A stretch of 64,000 nt of DNA from Paracoccaceae bacterium (GCA_006226775.1 SBGD01000078.1:31967-95966), one strand, 5' to 3'; shown: positions 19,465-29,679, counted from the first letter of the stretch. Numbers and translations: made by a program. The notes: a model not told the origin generated them from the letters alone.

Positions 19465-19854
19465 TCAGCCCAGAGGGCCGACAACCCGTTCGATGCAGGC
19501 CTTCAACTGGGGCGGCGAGAACGGCTTCTTGATGTAGTTGTTCATCCCCAGCCGGACGCCGTGATCGATGATCTCCTTCTCGGCGCGGCCGGTGATCAGG
19601 ATGAAACCGGTGCGGGCAATCGGCTTGTGATGGCGGATCGATTCCAGCAGTTGCAGGCCGTTCATCCGCGGCATGTTGAAATCGGAAATCACCAGGTGCA
19701 CCGGGCGCGCGGCAAGGCTGCGCCAGGCGGTCTCGCCATCGGCTTCGGTATGCACGTTGCGAATGCCGATTTCCTCCAGCGACTGGGTGATCAGGCCGCG
19801 GCTCGTGGACATGTCGTCGACCACGAGAACGTGCAGTTTGTCCTTCAATCTCAT
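19465..19854 (-). CDS. cheY: CheY-like response regulator (second copy)
   Basis: VLVVDD, ISDFNMP.MNG, LITG, YIKKPF; ATG overlaps cheR stop. Confidence 0.9.
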   Translation of the reverse strand: MRLKDKLHVLVVDDMSTSRGLITQSLEEIGIRNVHTEADGETAWRSLAARPVHLVISDFNMPRMNGLQLLESIRHHKPIARTGFILITGRAEKEIIDHGVRLGMNNYIKKPFSPPQLKACIERVVGPLG

Positions 19855-20756
19855 GCGGTTTCTCCTGATTTGGCCGGTTGCGCCGCGCCGGTGTCGCGAC
19901 CGTGGCGCTGAAAGATGCCGTTGCCTGCGACGGCAAAGCCGGCGGTGATGTCCGGGGGAATGCTCTCGGAATGGCCGATGTAGAGCACGCCGCCGGGCAG
20001 AACCCGGTCGCAGAGCCGGCGCCAGAGGTGCACCTGGGTGGTTTCGTCGAAATAGATCGCCACGTTGCGGCAGAAGATCACGTCGAACCGGCCGGCAAAC
20101 GGCCAGTCCTGCTTGAGGTTCAGATGCCGAAAGGCGATCAGCTGACGCGCCGCGGCACTGACCTGGCAATGGGTCGAACCTGCCGGCGCGGGGTCGAAAT
20201 ACCGGCTGGCCTGGTCGCCGGGAAGCGCCGCCAGTGCGCTGGCCGGATACCTGGCCTGGCGGGCGCGGGCGAGGATCCGGTTGTCGATATCGGTGGCGAG
20301 AATGCGCAGGTCGCGGGTCGGGGCGCCGGGGCAATGGTCGAGCACGTGGAAGGCCAGGCCATAGGCCTCTTCGCCCGACGAGCATCCGGCGGACCAGAGC
20401 CGCACCCTTCGGCCCTCCTGCGCCTTTGCGGCCAGCGCGGGCAGGACGTCTTGGCAAAGGTGATCGAAGTGATGCGCCTCGCGGTTGAAGCGGGTGGTAT
20501 TGGTGGTCAGCGCCGAGATGAACTCGTCCTGCTGGCGGGTCGCGCCGGGCTGGGCGAGCACCCGGCAATAGGCGTCGATATCCGCCACGCCGGCATTGCG
20601 CAGCGGTCGGGACAGGCGCGAGGAGACCATGGCACGCTTGCCCTGCGGCAGGTGGATGCCGGTCAACTCGTGCAGAAGCTGCGCTACGCGGGCATAGGCC
20701 TCTTCCGAGATCAGGTCATCGGCGCGCGCCGCGCGGTTTTTCAGGTTCAGCGTCAT
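19851..20756 (-). CDS. cheR: Chemotaxis methyltransferase CheR
   Basis: TTNTTRFNRE..HF, WSAGCSSGEE.Y, ILATDID, FDVIFCRNV.IYFD, GHSE. Confidence 0.96.
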   Translation of the reverse strand: MTLNLKNRAARADDLISEEAYARVAQLLHELTGIHLPQGKRAMVSSRLSRPLRNAGVADIDAYCRVLAQPGATRQQDEFISALTTNTTRFNREAHHFDHLCQDVLPALAAKAQEGRRVRLWSAGCSSGEEAYGLAFHVLDHCPGAPTRDLRILATDIDNRILARARQARYPASALAALPGDQASRYFDPAPAGSTHCQVSAAARQLIAFRHLNLKQDWPFAGRFDVIFCRNVAIYFDETTQVHLWRRLCDRVLPGGVLYIGHSESIPPDITAGFAVAGNGIFQRHGRDTGAAQPAKSGETA

Positions 20757-21232
20757 GCGACCGCGGTATCCTCTTGCGGCAGGACCTGGTGGACGTCGAG
20801 CGCGCGCACCAGCCGGTCCTCGATGGTGTAGACGCCGCGGATATAGGCCTGGGTCCGGGCCGAGGAGACATCCGGCGTCGGCAGGAGATCGGCCTCCCGG
20901 ACCATGATGATGTCGCTGACCGCATCGACGAGAAAGCCGACGATGCGGTCGTCGACCCGGGCAATGATGATCACGTGGCGCGGGCCCGGATCGGTGCGGC
21001 CCAGCCCCAGCCGCTGCGACAGGTCGAGCACCGGCAGCACCGTGCCGCGCAGGTTCATCATGCCGACCACGTAGTCGGGCGCATGCGGCAGGCTGGTGGT
21101 GCGGGTCCAGCCGCGGATCTCGAGCACATGGGCGATGTCGAAACAGAAGGCCTGGTCGCCGATCGCGAAGGAGACGATTTCCTGCGCCGCGGCATTGGGT
21201 TCCTGGACGTCCGGTTTAGGCATGATGGGCAA
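20753..21232 (-). CDS. cheW: Chemotaxis coupling protein CheW
   Basis: V.EIRGW...T.LPHAP.YV.GMMNLRG.V.PV.DL..RLG, VGFLVDAVSDI. Confidence 0.95.
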   Translation of the reverse strand: MPIMPKPDVQEPNAAAQEIVSFAIGDQAFCFDIAHVLEIRGWTRTTSLPHAPDYVVGMMNLRGTVLPVLDLSQRLGLGRTDPGPRHVIIIARVDDRIVGFLVDAVSDIIMVREADLLPTPDVSSARTQAYIRGVYTIEDRLVRALDVHQVLPQEDTAVA

Positions 21233-23363
21233 TCCTTGTGGGGTCCGGCAGCAAGGCCGCGGGGCTCGGCCCGTCGCCGGGACGCGAGATCATCTGGTCG
21301 GTGTCGACGATCAGGGCGATCTTGCCGTCGCCGAGGATGGTGGCGGCGGCAATGCCGGGGATCGGGCGGTAGTTCTGCTCCAGCCCCTTGATCACCACCT
21401 CGCGCTGGTCGACGATGGCGTCCACGGCCAGCGCGGTGCGGCGGCCGGAGTCGCCTTCGATCAGCAGCAGCGACAGGCTGTCGAGATCCGCGGGCGTCGC
21501 GCGGTAGCCCAGCGCCAGCCCGAGATCGACGATCGGGATCAATTCATGGCCCAGGGTCAGCACCCGGTCATCGTCGCAGAAGGCGTCGATCCGGGCCTGG
21601 CCGGGCTGCAGCGTTTCGCGCAGCGCGAGGGTCGGCACCACGAGGGATTCGCCGGCCACCGAGACCACCATACCCTCGAGCACCGCCAGGGTCAGTGGCA
21701 GGGAGATCGTCACCTGCGTGCCCTGGCCGGGCATGGATTGCAGGGTCACGCGGCCGCCCAGGGCCTGGATTTCCGAGCGCACCACATCCATCCCGACGCC
21801 GCGGCCCGAGAGGTTCGAGACCTCGGACGCAGTGGAAAATCCGGGCCGGAACAACAGGTTGTCGATATCGGCCTCGGTCAGATCGTCCTCGGGGCGCACC
21901 AGCCCCTTCTGCTCGGCCACCTGGCGGACCTTGCGCCGGTCGATGCCGGCGCCATCGTCGCGCAGGGTGATCACCACGCGCCCCGAGCGATGCGCCGCCT
22001 CCAGCGTGACGGTGCCGCGTTCATCCTTGCCGGCGGCGCGGCGGGCCTCGGGGGTTTCCAGGCCATGATCGACCGCATTGCGGATCATGTGGGTCAAGGG
22101 TTCGACCAGCCGTTCGGTCACCGTCTTGTCGACCTCGGTCGCATCGCCCAGGGTGACCAGCCGCGCCTGTTTGCCGGCCTCGCGCGCGGTTTCGCGCACG
22201 GTCCGCGACATCCGCTGGAACAGACTGCGCACCGGCTGGGCACGGATCGCCATGACGCTTTCCTGGATCACGCCGGAGAGCTGCTTGAGCTGGCCCATGG
22301 CCTCTTCCACCGTCTTGGACGAGGCGGAATGCGGCAGTTCGCTCATCGACTGGCGCAGCATGGCTTCGCTGATGACCAGTTCGCCCACCAGGTTGATCAG
22401 CCGGTCGACGCGTTGCAGATCGACGCGGATGGTCGCGGTGCGCGCGCTGTCGGACTTGGAAGGACGGGCGGCGGCAGGCGGGTCCGAAGGGGGCGGAGAG
22501 GGTTTCACGGGGGCGTCAGCCGCGGCTGGCGCCGGGGTGTCGGGCGGATCGGCAAGCGGCAGCAGATCGGGCAGATCGGGCGGGGCGGAGGGCGCGGTGA
22601 TCTCGAGCGTGCAGAGCCCGTCGACGAACTCGAACACCTCGCGCAGGGCCGCCTCGTCGATGCCGTCGTCGGGCGTCAGGGTCAGGGTCCAGCGCAGAAC
22701 CGGCGTGCGCCAGTCGCTGTCGCCCAGTTCCGGGACGGCATCGACATCGGCGCTGGCGTGGACTTCGCCCAAAGCGCCCAGCGCTCGGAACAGGAGCGCG
22801 GGATCGTGGCCGGTGGCGTAAAGCTCGGCACTGGCGGCAAAGGTGATCGCGTAGCCGGATGCCGCCGCTTGGGGCGTGCCGAGATCGGGCAGGTCGAAAC
22901 CCATGTCCAGCGCCAAAGGCTCGAACTCGGGCTCGGGCGCATCGTCCATCAGCGCGCCGCCGCCCACCGACTGGCTGAGCAGTTTCAGGTCGCTGAGGAT
23001 CGAGGCGCCCATGTCGTTCTCGATCTCGCATTCGCCGCGCGCGGCCTCGACCAGGTCGCTCAGGTGGTCGCCGGCGGTGAAGAGCAGCGGCAGGTTGGTC
23101 TCGTTGACCTGAAGCTTGTCCGAGCGGATGTCGTCGAGCACGTTCTCGAAGGCATGGGCAAAGGCGATCAGCCGGTCGAGACCGAAGGCCCCGGCGCCGC
23201 CCTTGATCGAATGCACGGCGCGGAACATGGCGTTGATGGTCTCGGCATCATGGGCGCCGCTTTCCAGGTCGCCCAGCCCGGAGGTCAGGCTTTCGACAAG
23301 GTCGTCGCATTCCTGGAAGAAGAGATCGCGCAGATCGTTCATGGACTCCACCTCAGATGACAA
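21216..23363 (-). CDS. cheA: Chemotaxis histidine kinase CheA
   Basis: Hpt FRAVHSIKGGAG, HMIRNAVDHG, DDGAGID, GFSTA, SGRGVGMDVV, C-terminal CheW domain. Confidence 0.97.
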   Translation of the reverse strand: MSSEVESMNDLRDLFFQECDDLVESLTSGLGDLESGAHDAETINAMFRAVHSIKGGAGAFGLDRLIAFAHAFENVLDDIRSDKLQVNETNLPLLFTAGDHLSDLVEAARGECEIENDMGASILSDLKLLSQSVGGGALMDDAPEPEFEPLALDMGFDLPDLGTPQAAASGYAITFAASAELYATGHDPALLFRALGALGEVHASADVDAVPELGDSDWRTPVLRWTLTLTPDDGIDEAALREVFEFVDGLCTLEITAPSAPPDLPDLLPLADPPDTPAPAAADAPVKPSPPPSDPPAAARPSKSDSARTATIRVDLQRVDRLINLVGELVISEAMLRQSMSELPHSASSKTVEEAMGQLKQLSGVIQESVMAIRAQPVRSLFQRMSRTVRETAREAGKQARLVTLGDATEVDKTVTERLVEPLTHMIRNAVDHGLETPEARRAAGKDERGTVTLEAAHRSGRVVITLRDDGAGIDRRKVRQVAEQKGLVRPEDDLTEADIDNLLFRPGFSTASEVSNLSGRGVGMDVVRSEIQALGGRVTLQSMPGQGTQVTISLPLTLAVLEGMVVSVAGESLVVPTLALRETLQPGQARIDAFCDDDRVLTLGHELIPIVDLGLALGYRATPADLDSLSLLLIEGDSGRRTALAVDAIVDQREVVIKGLEQNYRPIPGIAAATILGDGKIALIVDTDQMISRPGDGPSPAALLPDPTRIAHHA

Positions 23364-23718
23364 GCCGGTTGATGACCGAGATCAGCTTGGCCTCGTCGAA
23401 GGGCTTGACGATCCAGCCGGTGGCGCCGGCGTCGCGCGCGCGCTGCTTGAGGTCGGGGCCGCTTTCGGTGGTCAGCACGAGGATCGGCACCGCTGCATGG
23501 CGGCTGCGCGCCCTCGCGCCTTCGATGAAGCCGAAACCGTCGAGCCGCGGCATGTTGATGTCGGTGATCACCAGGTCAGGCGCGGCGGCGTCGAGCTTTT
23601 CCAGCCCGTCGATCCCGTCCTCGGCCAGATCGACCCGGAACCCGGCATTGACCAGCACGGTCTTGAGCATGGCGCGGATGGTGCGGCTGTCGTCGACCGC
23701 GAGAATTTTATGGGTCAT
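23353..23718 (-). CDS. cheY: CheY response regulator
   Basis: ILAVDDS, ITDINMP.LDG, LTTES, ATGWIVKPF. Confidence 0.94.
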   Translation of the reverse strand: MTHKILAVDDSRTIRAMLKTVLVNAGFRVDLAEDGIDGLEKLDAAAPDLVITDINMPRLDGFGFIEGARARSRHAAVPILVLTTESGPDLKQRARDAGATGWIVKPFDEAKLISVINRLVI

Positions 23719-24032
23719 GCGGCCGAAACTCCGTCGGTCAACCCGGGGATCAGCGTGTCGGGCGGCACGCCCAGCACGGTGAGCCCCTCGAAAAGATCGT
23801 CGGAGGGTGCGGTGATTGCGAAATCCAGCCCCTGCGCCCGCCATTCCGCCCGGGCGCGCATCACGATATCGAGCGCGAGCCCGCCGAGGAAGGTCACCTT
23901 GCCCGCGTCGAGCACGAGGGCGCGGCCCCGCGCCGCGCCGATGTCCGAATGAAGCTGCGCGCAGGCGGCGTAGTCCAGCCGCGGCGCCAATGTCAGCGTG
24001 ACAGGGCCCGGCGTCCCTTTGGCTTTGGTCAT
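23715..24032 (-). CDS. STAS-domain chemotaxis protein (CheS/'CheX'-like first gene)
   Basis: L..RLD..A...L...LVLDAG.VTFLGGLAL STAS pattern; first gene of che operon. Confidence 0.8.
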   Translation of the reverse strand: MTKAKGTPGPVTLTLAPRLDYAACAQLHSDIGAARGRALVLDAGKVTFLGGLALDIVMRARAEWRAQGLDFAITAPSDDLFEGLTVLGVPPDTLIPGLTDGVSAA

Positions 24033-24088
24033 GTCGCTATCCCGCGTTGCCATCCCAGGTCGATTGGGCCGATGCTAGACGGGAGCGT

Positions 24089-24103
24089 TTAAGAAAAGGT
24101 TTC
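24089..24103. promoter_or_regulatory. Degenerate CtrA-like box at che operon promoter
   Basis: TTAAGAAAAGGTTTC (TTAA-N7-TTTC) just upstream of the first che gene. Confidence 0.35.
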
Positions 24104-24263
24104 GAGATCCGTACCAATGCGGACTTGCAGTGATTCCAGTGGCCGGTATCCTGCAAAGACAGGCGAAAAATACACGCAATTTCAGATGTCTGCGGCACAT
24201 TCTTCGTGCGGAGTGACGCGCCCCGGAATCGGGGCGCGCGCCGGCCCGGCACCTGCCGCAGGG

Positions 24264-25040
24264 TCAGTGAATCAGCGCGCCGCCGTTCACGTCGACCTCG
24301 GTCCCGGTGCAATAGGCCGAGAGATCCGACGCCAGGAACAGCGCGCATCCCGCCACGTCCGACGCCTCGCCCGCGCGGCCCATGGGGATGCCGGCCAGCA
24401 CCGAGGCCTGCATCTCGGGCGTCAGTTTTCCGGCGGTGATGTCGGTGGCGATGAACCCCGGGCAGAGCGCGTTGGCCCGCACGCCGTCCGGCGCCAATTC
24501 CCGCGCCATGGCCTTGGTCAGCCCGAGCACGCCCGCCTTGGCCGCCGAGTAATGCGGCCCGCCAAAGATGCCGCCGCCGCGCTGCGCCGAGACCGAGGAC
24601 AGGTTGACGATCGAGCCCGCTTTCTGCGCCCGCATGGCGGGGATCACCGCCTGGGACATGTAGAGCGTGCCGCGCAGCGAGACATCGGTCACCGCCTCGT
24701 AGTTTTCGGGGGTGATCTCCATCAGCTTGAGCGGCTGGGTGATGCCGGCGTTGTTCACCAGGATGTCGATGCGCCCGAACAGGGCGAGGACGATCTCGAC
24801 CGCCTCGGCACAGGCGGTCTTGCTGGTCACGTTGCACGACAGGCCGACATGGCCCTCGCCGGGCAGATCGGCGGCAGCGCTCGCCGCGGACCCGGCGTCG
24901 AGATCGAGGATCGCGACGCGGCAACCGTGTTCGGCAAAGAGCCGGGCGGTCGCCTTGCCGAGGCCCCGCGGGCTGGCGGCGCCGGTGATGATGGCGCTTC
25001 TCCCGGTCAGGAGGGCCATGGAATTTTCCTGCTTTGTCAT
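24264..25040 (-). CDS. Short-chain dehydrogenase/reductase
   Basis: TGAASPRGLG, NNAGI, S, YSAAK, NALCPG. Confidence 0.93.
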   Translation of the reverse strand: MTKQENSMALLTGRSAIITGAASPRGLGKATARLFAEHGCRVAILDLDAGSAASAAADLPGEGHVGLSCNVTSKTACAEAVEIVLALFGRIDILVNNAGITQPLKLMEITPENYEAVTDVSLRGTLYMSQAVIPAMRAQKAGSIVNLSSVSAQRGGGIFGGPHYSAAKAGVLGLTKAMARELAPDGVRANALCPGFIATDITAGKLTPEMQASVLAGIPMGRAGEASDVAGCALFLASDLSAYCTGTEVDVNGGALIH

Positions 25041-25044
25041 GTCG

Positions 25045-26076
25045 TTACAGCCATCCCTTGATCTGATCTTTCACCTTCGCCACCGACAGGCCGTACATGT
25101 CGTGCAGCGTCGGCAGCGCCCCGGCTTCGAGGAATTCATCCGGCAGGGCGATCATGCGGAAGCGCGGCGTGACGCCGGCCAGCAGAAGCGCCTTCGCCAC
25201 CGCCTCGCCCAACCCGCCATTGACGCTGTGGTTCTCGGCGGTCACCACCAAACGCCCGCCGCGCGACGCCTCGGCCAGGATGGTCGCCACGTCCAGCGGC
25301 TTGATCGTCGGCACATGCAGCACGGCGACGTCGACATTGTCGCTGGCCAGCGCCTCGGCGGCGTCGAGCGCGCGCATCGTCATGAGGCCGGTCGAGATCA
25401 CCAGCACGTCGCGCCCCTCGCGGATCATCTGGGCCTTGCCCAGTTGAAAGCGGTAGTCGGGCTTGTGGCGGGTCAGCACCGAGGGCACCTTGCCGCGCAA
25501 CAGCCGGGCATAGACCGGGCCGTCATGGGCGATCATCGCCGGCACCATGCCGGCAATGTCGCAGGCGTCGCAGGGGTCGATCACCACCATGCCGGGCAGG
25601 CCCCGGAAGATCGCCAGATCCTCGGTCGCCTGGTGGCTGGGGCCGTAGCCGGTGGTCAGGCCGGGCAGGGCGCAGACCACTTTCACCGGCAGATTTTCCT
25701 CGGCAATCGCCATGGCGATGAAGTCATAGGCGCGGCGCGAGGCGAAGACCGCATAGGTGGTAGCAAAGGGAATGAAGCCTTCGCGCGCCATGCCCGCCGC
25801 CGCCGACATCAACAGCGCCTCGGCCATGCCCATCTGGTAGAACCGTTCAGGCATTGCCTTCGCAAAGACGTGCAAGTCGGTGTATTTGCTGAGATCTGCG
25901 GTAAGCCCGACGATCCGCTTGTCCTTTCTCGCCGCCTCGACCAGCGCCTCGCCAAAGGGCGCGGCGACGGTGTCATAGCCCTCGGCCTCGAGCGAGGCGA
26001 TCATTGCCGAGGTGGCGACCTTGCCGCCGGGTGCCTTGCGGGGCTCGTATTTGCGTCTCGATGAGGCCAGGGTCAT
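25045..26076 (-). CDS. Transketolase, C-terminal (pyrimidine-binding) subunit
   Basis: ADL..YT, GMAEALLM..AAG.A..G..PF..TYAVF, GPSHQATED, ENHSV.GGLGEAV. Confidence 0.92.
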   Translation of the reverse strand: MTLASSRRKYEPRKAPGGKVATSAMIASLEAEGYDTVAAPFGEALVEAARKDKRIVGLTADLSKYTDLHVFAKAMPERFYQMGMAEALLMSAAAGMAREGFIPFATTYAVFASRRAYDFIAMAIAEENLPVKVVCALPGLTTGYGPSHQATEDLAIFRGLPGMVVIDPCDACDIAGMVPAMIAHDGPVYARLLRGKVPSVLTRHKPDYRFQLGKAQMIREGRDVLVISTGLMTMRALDAAEALASDNVDVAVLHVPTIKPLDVATILAEASRGGRLVVTAENHSVNGGLGEAVAKALLLAGVTPRFRMIALPDEFLEAGALPTLHDMYGLSVAKVKDQIKGWL

Positions 26077-26927
26077 TGCGGTTTGCCTTCTTCCAGAGTG
26101 TCGAGGGCCTTGGCCCATTCGTCGGGCTCCACCCGCACGAAATGGGTGATCTCGCGGGTCTCGAGGAAATCGACGCCCTTGCACATCCTGGTGTTGCAGA
26201 TGATGACGCGGGGCTTGGGCTCCGTCAGTTCACGTGCTGCATCAAAGGCGGCGACCAGGTCCTTGAGATCGTTGCCATCCACCTCCTGCGCGTGCCAGCC
26301 GAAGGCCTCCCACTTGGGTGCCTGAGTACCCTCGGCCAGGGCGTCGCGGGTCGGGCCATCGGCCTGCTGATTGTTGAAATCGACGACGCAGATCAGGTTG
26401 TCGAGCTTCCATTGCACCGCCGACATCACCGCCTCCCAGGTCGAGCCTTCGCCAAGCTCGCCATCCGACATCAGGTTGTAGACGAAGGCCGGGTTGCCCT
26501 TGCGCTTCAGCCCCAGGCTGGCGCCGACGGCGATGCCCAGCCCCTGACCCAGCGAGCCGCCGGTGATCTCCATCCCCGGCGTGTAGGAGGCCATGCCGGA
26601 CATCGGCATCCGGCTGTCGTCCATGCCATAGGTGCCCAGCTCCTCCTCGGGGAGGATCCCGGCCTCCATCAGCGCCGCGTAAAGCGCGATGGCGTAATGC
26701 CCGATCGAGAGGTAGAATCGGTCGCGGCCTTCCCACTCGGGGTCCTCGGGGCGATAGTCCAGCGCGTGGAACCAGGCGGTGGCCAGCACATCGGCCACGC
26801 CCAGCGCCTGGCCGATATAGCCCTGGCCCTGCACCTCGCCCATCAACAGCGCCTTGCGCCGGATGTTCCAGGCGCGCATCTCGAGCGACATGTTGGGCCG
26901 GTGGCCCTCTTGGGTCTCTTCGTGCAT
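26073..26927 (-). CDS. Transketolase, N-terminal (TPP-binding) subunit
   Basis: DRFYLSIGH, GGSLGQG, SDGELGEGSTWEA...D.N; stop overlaps next start. Confidence 0.92.
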   Translation of the reverse strand: MHEETQEGHRPNMSLEMRAWNIRRKALLMGEVQGQGYIGQALGVADVLATAWFHALDYRPEDPEWEGRDRFYLSIGHYAIALYAALMEAGILPEEELGTYGMDDSRMPMSGMASYTPGMEITGGSLGQGLGIAVGASLGLKRKGNPAFVYNLMSDGELGEGSTWEAVMSAVQWKLDNLICVVDFNNQQADGPTRDALAEGTQAPKWEAFGWHAQEVDGNDLKDLVAAFDAARELTEPKPRVIICNTRMCKGVDFLETREITHFVRVEPDEWAKALDTLEEGKPQ

Positions 26928-27007
26928 CGTCTCCTCCGGGAACTTGCGGTCAGCCCGGTCTACCACGGGAGGGCGGCGGGGTTTGTCAGGAAAATTGCAA
27001 GACCTCG

Positions 27008-27020
27008 TTAGAAAATCTAA
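27008..27020. promoter_or_regulatory. Palindromic candidate operator in divergent promoter
   Basis: TTAGA-AAA-TCTAA between divergent transketolase and aminotransferase genes. Confidence 0.35.
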
Positions 27021-27078
27021 ACAACATCGCGGTGCAAAACCGGGTAGCACTGGATGGAAATGGAAAGGGAGGACACGC

Positions 27079-28248
27079 ATGTCCGAGTTGATCTTTGCCG
27101 ACAGCCTGTCTCGTCTGGGGACGGAAAGCGCCTTCATGGTGCTGGCGCGGGCGCAGAAGCTGGCCGCCGAGGGGCGCGACATCATCAACCTCGGCATCGG
27201 CCAGCCGGATTTCCAGACGCCCGGGCATATCGTCGAGGCCGGCATCAAGGCGCTGCGCGACGGCCATCACGGCTATAGCCCCGCCAACGGCATTCCCGCG
27301 CTGCGCGAGGCGGTGGCGGCGGACCTGAACCGCAGGCACGGCGTCGAGGTCAACCCCGACAACGTGGTGGTGGTGCCGGGCGGCAAGCCGACGATGTTCT
27401 TTGCGGTGCTGATGTTCGGCCAGCCGGGGACCGAGATCCTGTATCCCAACCCCGGTTTCCCGATCTACGAGTCGGTGATCAACTATTCCGGCGCCACCCC
27501 GGTGCCGATCCGCCTGCGCGAGGACACCGGCTTTGCCTTTTCCGCCGAGGAGGTGCTGGGCCAGATCACCGAGCGCACCCGCCTCCTCATCATCAACTCG
27601 CCCGCCAACCCCACCGGCGGCATCACCCCGCGAGACGAGCTCGACAAGCTGGTCGCCGGGCTGATGGAGCATCCGCATGTGGCGCTGATGTCCGACGAGA
27701 TCTATTCCAACATGCTCTATGGCGGGCGCGAGCATGTCTCGCTGCTGCAATACCCCGAGATCCGCGACCGGCTGATCCTGCTGGATGGCTGGTCCAAGAC
27801 CTATGCGATGACCGGCTGGCGGCTGGGCTACGCGGTCTGGCCGGACGCTTGCGTGGATCATGTGACAAGGCTCTGCATCAACGATCATTCCTGCGTCAAT
27901 GCCGCGGCGCAATATGCAGGCCTCGCGGCGCTGACCGGGCCGCAGGACGCGGTGCATCAGATGGTGGCGGAGTTCGACACACGGCGCGAAGTGATCGTCG
28001 AGGCGCTGAATTCTCTGCCCGGCGTGCGCTGCACCGATCCCGGCGGGGCCTTCTATGCCTTTCCGAATATCGAAGGCACCGGGCTGAGCTCCATGAAGGC
28101 GCAGAACCTCTTTCTCGACAAGGCCGGGGTGGCGACCGTGGCGGGCACTTCCTTCGGCGCGATGGGCGAGGGGTATCTGCGGTTTTCCTATGCCAATTCG
28201 ACCGAGAATATCGTCGCGGCCATCGACCGCATCGGCAAGGTCCTGTGA
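27079..28248 (+). CDS. PLP-dependent class I/II aminotransferase
   Basis: IGQPDF.TP, NSPANPTG, SDEIY, DGWSKTYAMTGWRLGY; good RBS GGGAGG. Confidence 0.93.
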   Translation: MSELIFADSLSRLGTESAFMVLARAQKLAAEGRDIINLGIGQPDFQTPGHIVEAGIKALRDGHHGYSPANGIPALREAVAADLNRRHGVEVNPDNVVVVPGGKPTMFFAVLMFGQPGTEILYPNPGFPIYESVINYSGATPVPIRLREDTGFAFSAEEVLGQITERTRLLIINSPANPTGGITPRDELDKLVAGLMEHPHVALMSDEIYSNMLYGGREHVSLLQYPEIRDRLILLDGWSKTYAMTGWRLGYAVWPDACVDHVTRLCINDHSCVNAAAQYAGLAALTGPQDAVHQMVAEFDTRREVIVEALNSLPGVRCTDPGGAFYAFPNIEGTGLSSMKAQNLFLDKAGVATVAGTSFGAMGEGYLRFSYANSTENIVAAIDRIGKVL

Positions 28249-28286
28249 GCTCTGCCGCGCGCGCCCCTGCCTGAAAGGAAATCCCG

Positions 28287-29633
28287 ATGAACCTGTCCTC
28301 CATGCTTGCCAAGCGCCACGAAGAGGGCCGTCCCATCCGGGTCGGCCTGATCGGTGCCGGCAAATTCGGCTCGATGGTGCTGGCGCAGGCCCGGCATATC
28401 GCGGGCTATCACATCGTCGGCGTGGCCGATCTCGATGTCGGCAAGGCGCGGGCCGCGCTGCACCGCGTCGGCTGGGACGAGGCGCAATACGGCGCGCGTA
28501 CGCTGGGCGAGGCGATGGACACGGGCACCACCTGTGTGACCGCGGATGCCGCCGCGCTCTGTGCCTTCGACGGCATCGACTGCGTGATCGAGGCGACCGG
28601 GCATCCGCTGGCCGGGGTGCGCCACGCGCTGTCGGCCATCGAGGGCGGCAAGCATATCGTCATGGTCAATGTCGAGGCCGACGTGCTCTGCGGGCCGTAC
28701 CTGGCGGCCCGGGCGCGCGACAAGGGGCTGGTCTATTCCATGGCCTATGGCGATCAGCCAGCTTTCATCTGCGAGTTGGTGGATTGGGTCCAGTCCTGCG
28801 GGTTCGAGCTTGTGGCGGCGGGCAAGGGGATGAACTTCCGCCCGCCCTACCGCTATTCGACGCCCGACACGGTCTGGGGCTATTTCGGCTGGACCGAGGA
28901 GGAGGTCGCGGCGGGGGACTTCAATCCCAAGATGTACAATTCCTTCACCGACGGCACCAAGGCGGCGATCGAGATGGCGGCGGTGGCCAATGGCACCGCT
29001 TTGGATTGCCCCGACGACGGGCTGGCCTTCTATCCTTGCGGGCTGCAGGATCTGGCAGGCGTGTTCAAACCCGAGAGTGACGGCGGGCGGCTGCCCCGGC
29101 CCGGGCTGGTCGATATTGCCGCCAGCCGCGAACCGGACGGGCGCGTGGTGCTCAACGACATCCAGTACGGCATGTTCGTGACCTTCAAGGCGCCCGATGC
29201 CTATACCCGCGACTGTTTCGCGCAATACGGGCTGAAGACCGATGCCTCGGGCTGGTACGGCGCGATGTGGCGACCGTTCCACCTGATCGGGCTCGAGACC
29301 TCGGTCAGTGTCCTCTCGGCGGTGCTGCGGGGCGAGCCGACGGGCACCGCCAGGGCCTTTCGCGGCGATGCGGTGGCGACGGCGAAATCCGACCTTGCGG
29401 CGGGCGAGATGCTGGACGGCGAAGGCGGCCACGCGGTCTGGGCCAAGGCCATCCCCGCCACCCGCAGCCTTGCGCTGGACGCGCTGCCCATCGGGCTGGC
29501 GCACCAGGTGCGGCTGAAGACCGCCGTCAAGCGCGATCAGGTGGTGCGGATGGCGGATGTGGACCTCGTTGACGATCTCGACGTGGTCGAGGTGCGCCGC
29601 GCACAGGTGCGGGAGATGGCGCCGGAGGGCTGA
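28287..29633 (+). CDS. NAD(P)-dependent oxidoreductase with C-terminal SAF domain (homoserine dehydrogenase-like)
   Basis: GLIGAGKFG, NVEAD...G, SF.DGTK.A.EMA.VAN, AK.DL.AGE.LDGEGG, LPIGL. Confidence 0.85.
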   Translation: MNLSSMLAKRHEEGRPIRVGLIGAGKFGSMVLAQARHIAGYHIVGVADLDVGKARAALHRVGWDEAQYGARTLGEAMDTGTTCVTADAAALCAFDGIDCVIEATGHPLAGVRHALSAIEGGKHIVMVNVEADVLCGPYLAARARDKGLVYSMAYGDQPAFICELVDWVQSCGFELVAAGKGMNFRPPYRYSTPDTVWGYFGWTEEEVAAGDFNPKMYNSFTDGTKAAIEMAAVANGTALDCPDDGLAFYPCGLQDLAGVFKPESDGGRLPRPGLVDIAASREPDGRVVLNDIQYGMFVTFKAPDAYTRDCFAQYGLKTDASGWYGAMWRPFHLIGLETSVSVLSAVLRGEPTGTARAFRGDAVATAKSDLAAGEMLDGEGGHAVWAKAIPATRSLALDALPIGLAHQVRLKTAVKRDQVVRMADVDLVDDLDVVEVRRAQVREMAPEG

Positions 29634-29679
29634 GCGGCAGGCGGCCCCGCGTACCCCGGTCGCCACTGCATCCGACGCC

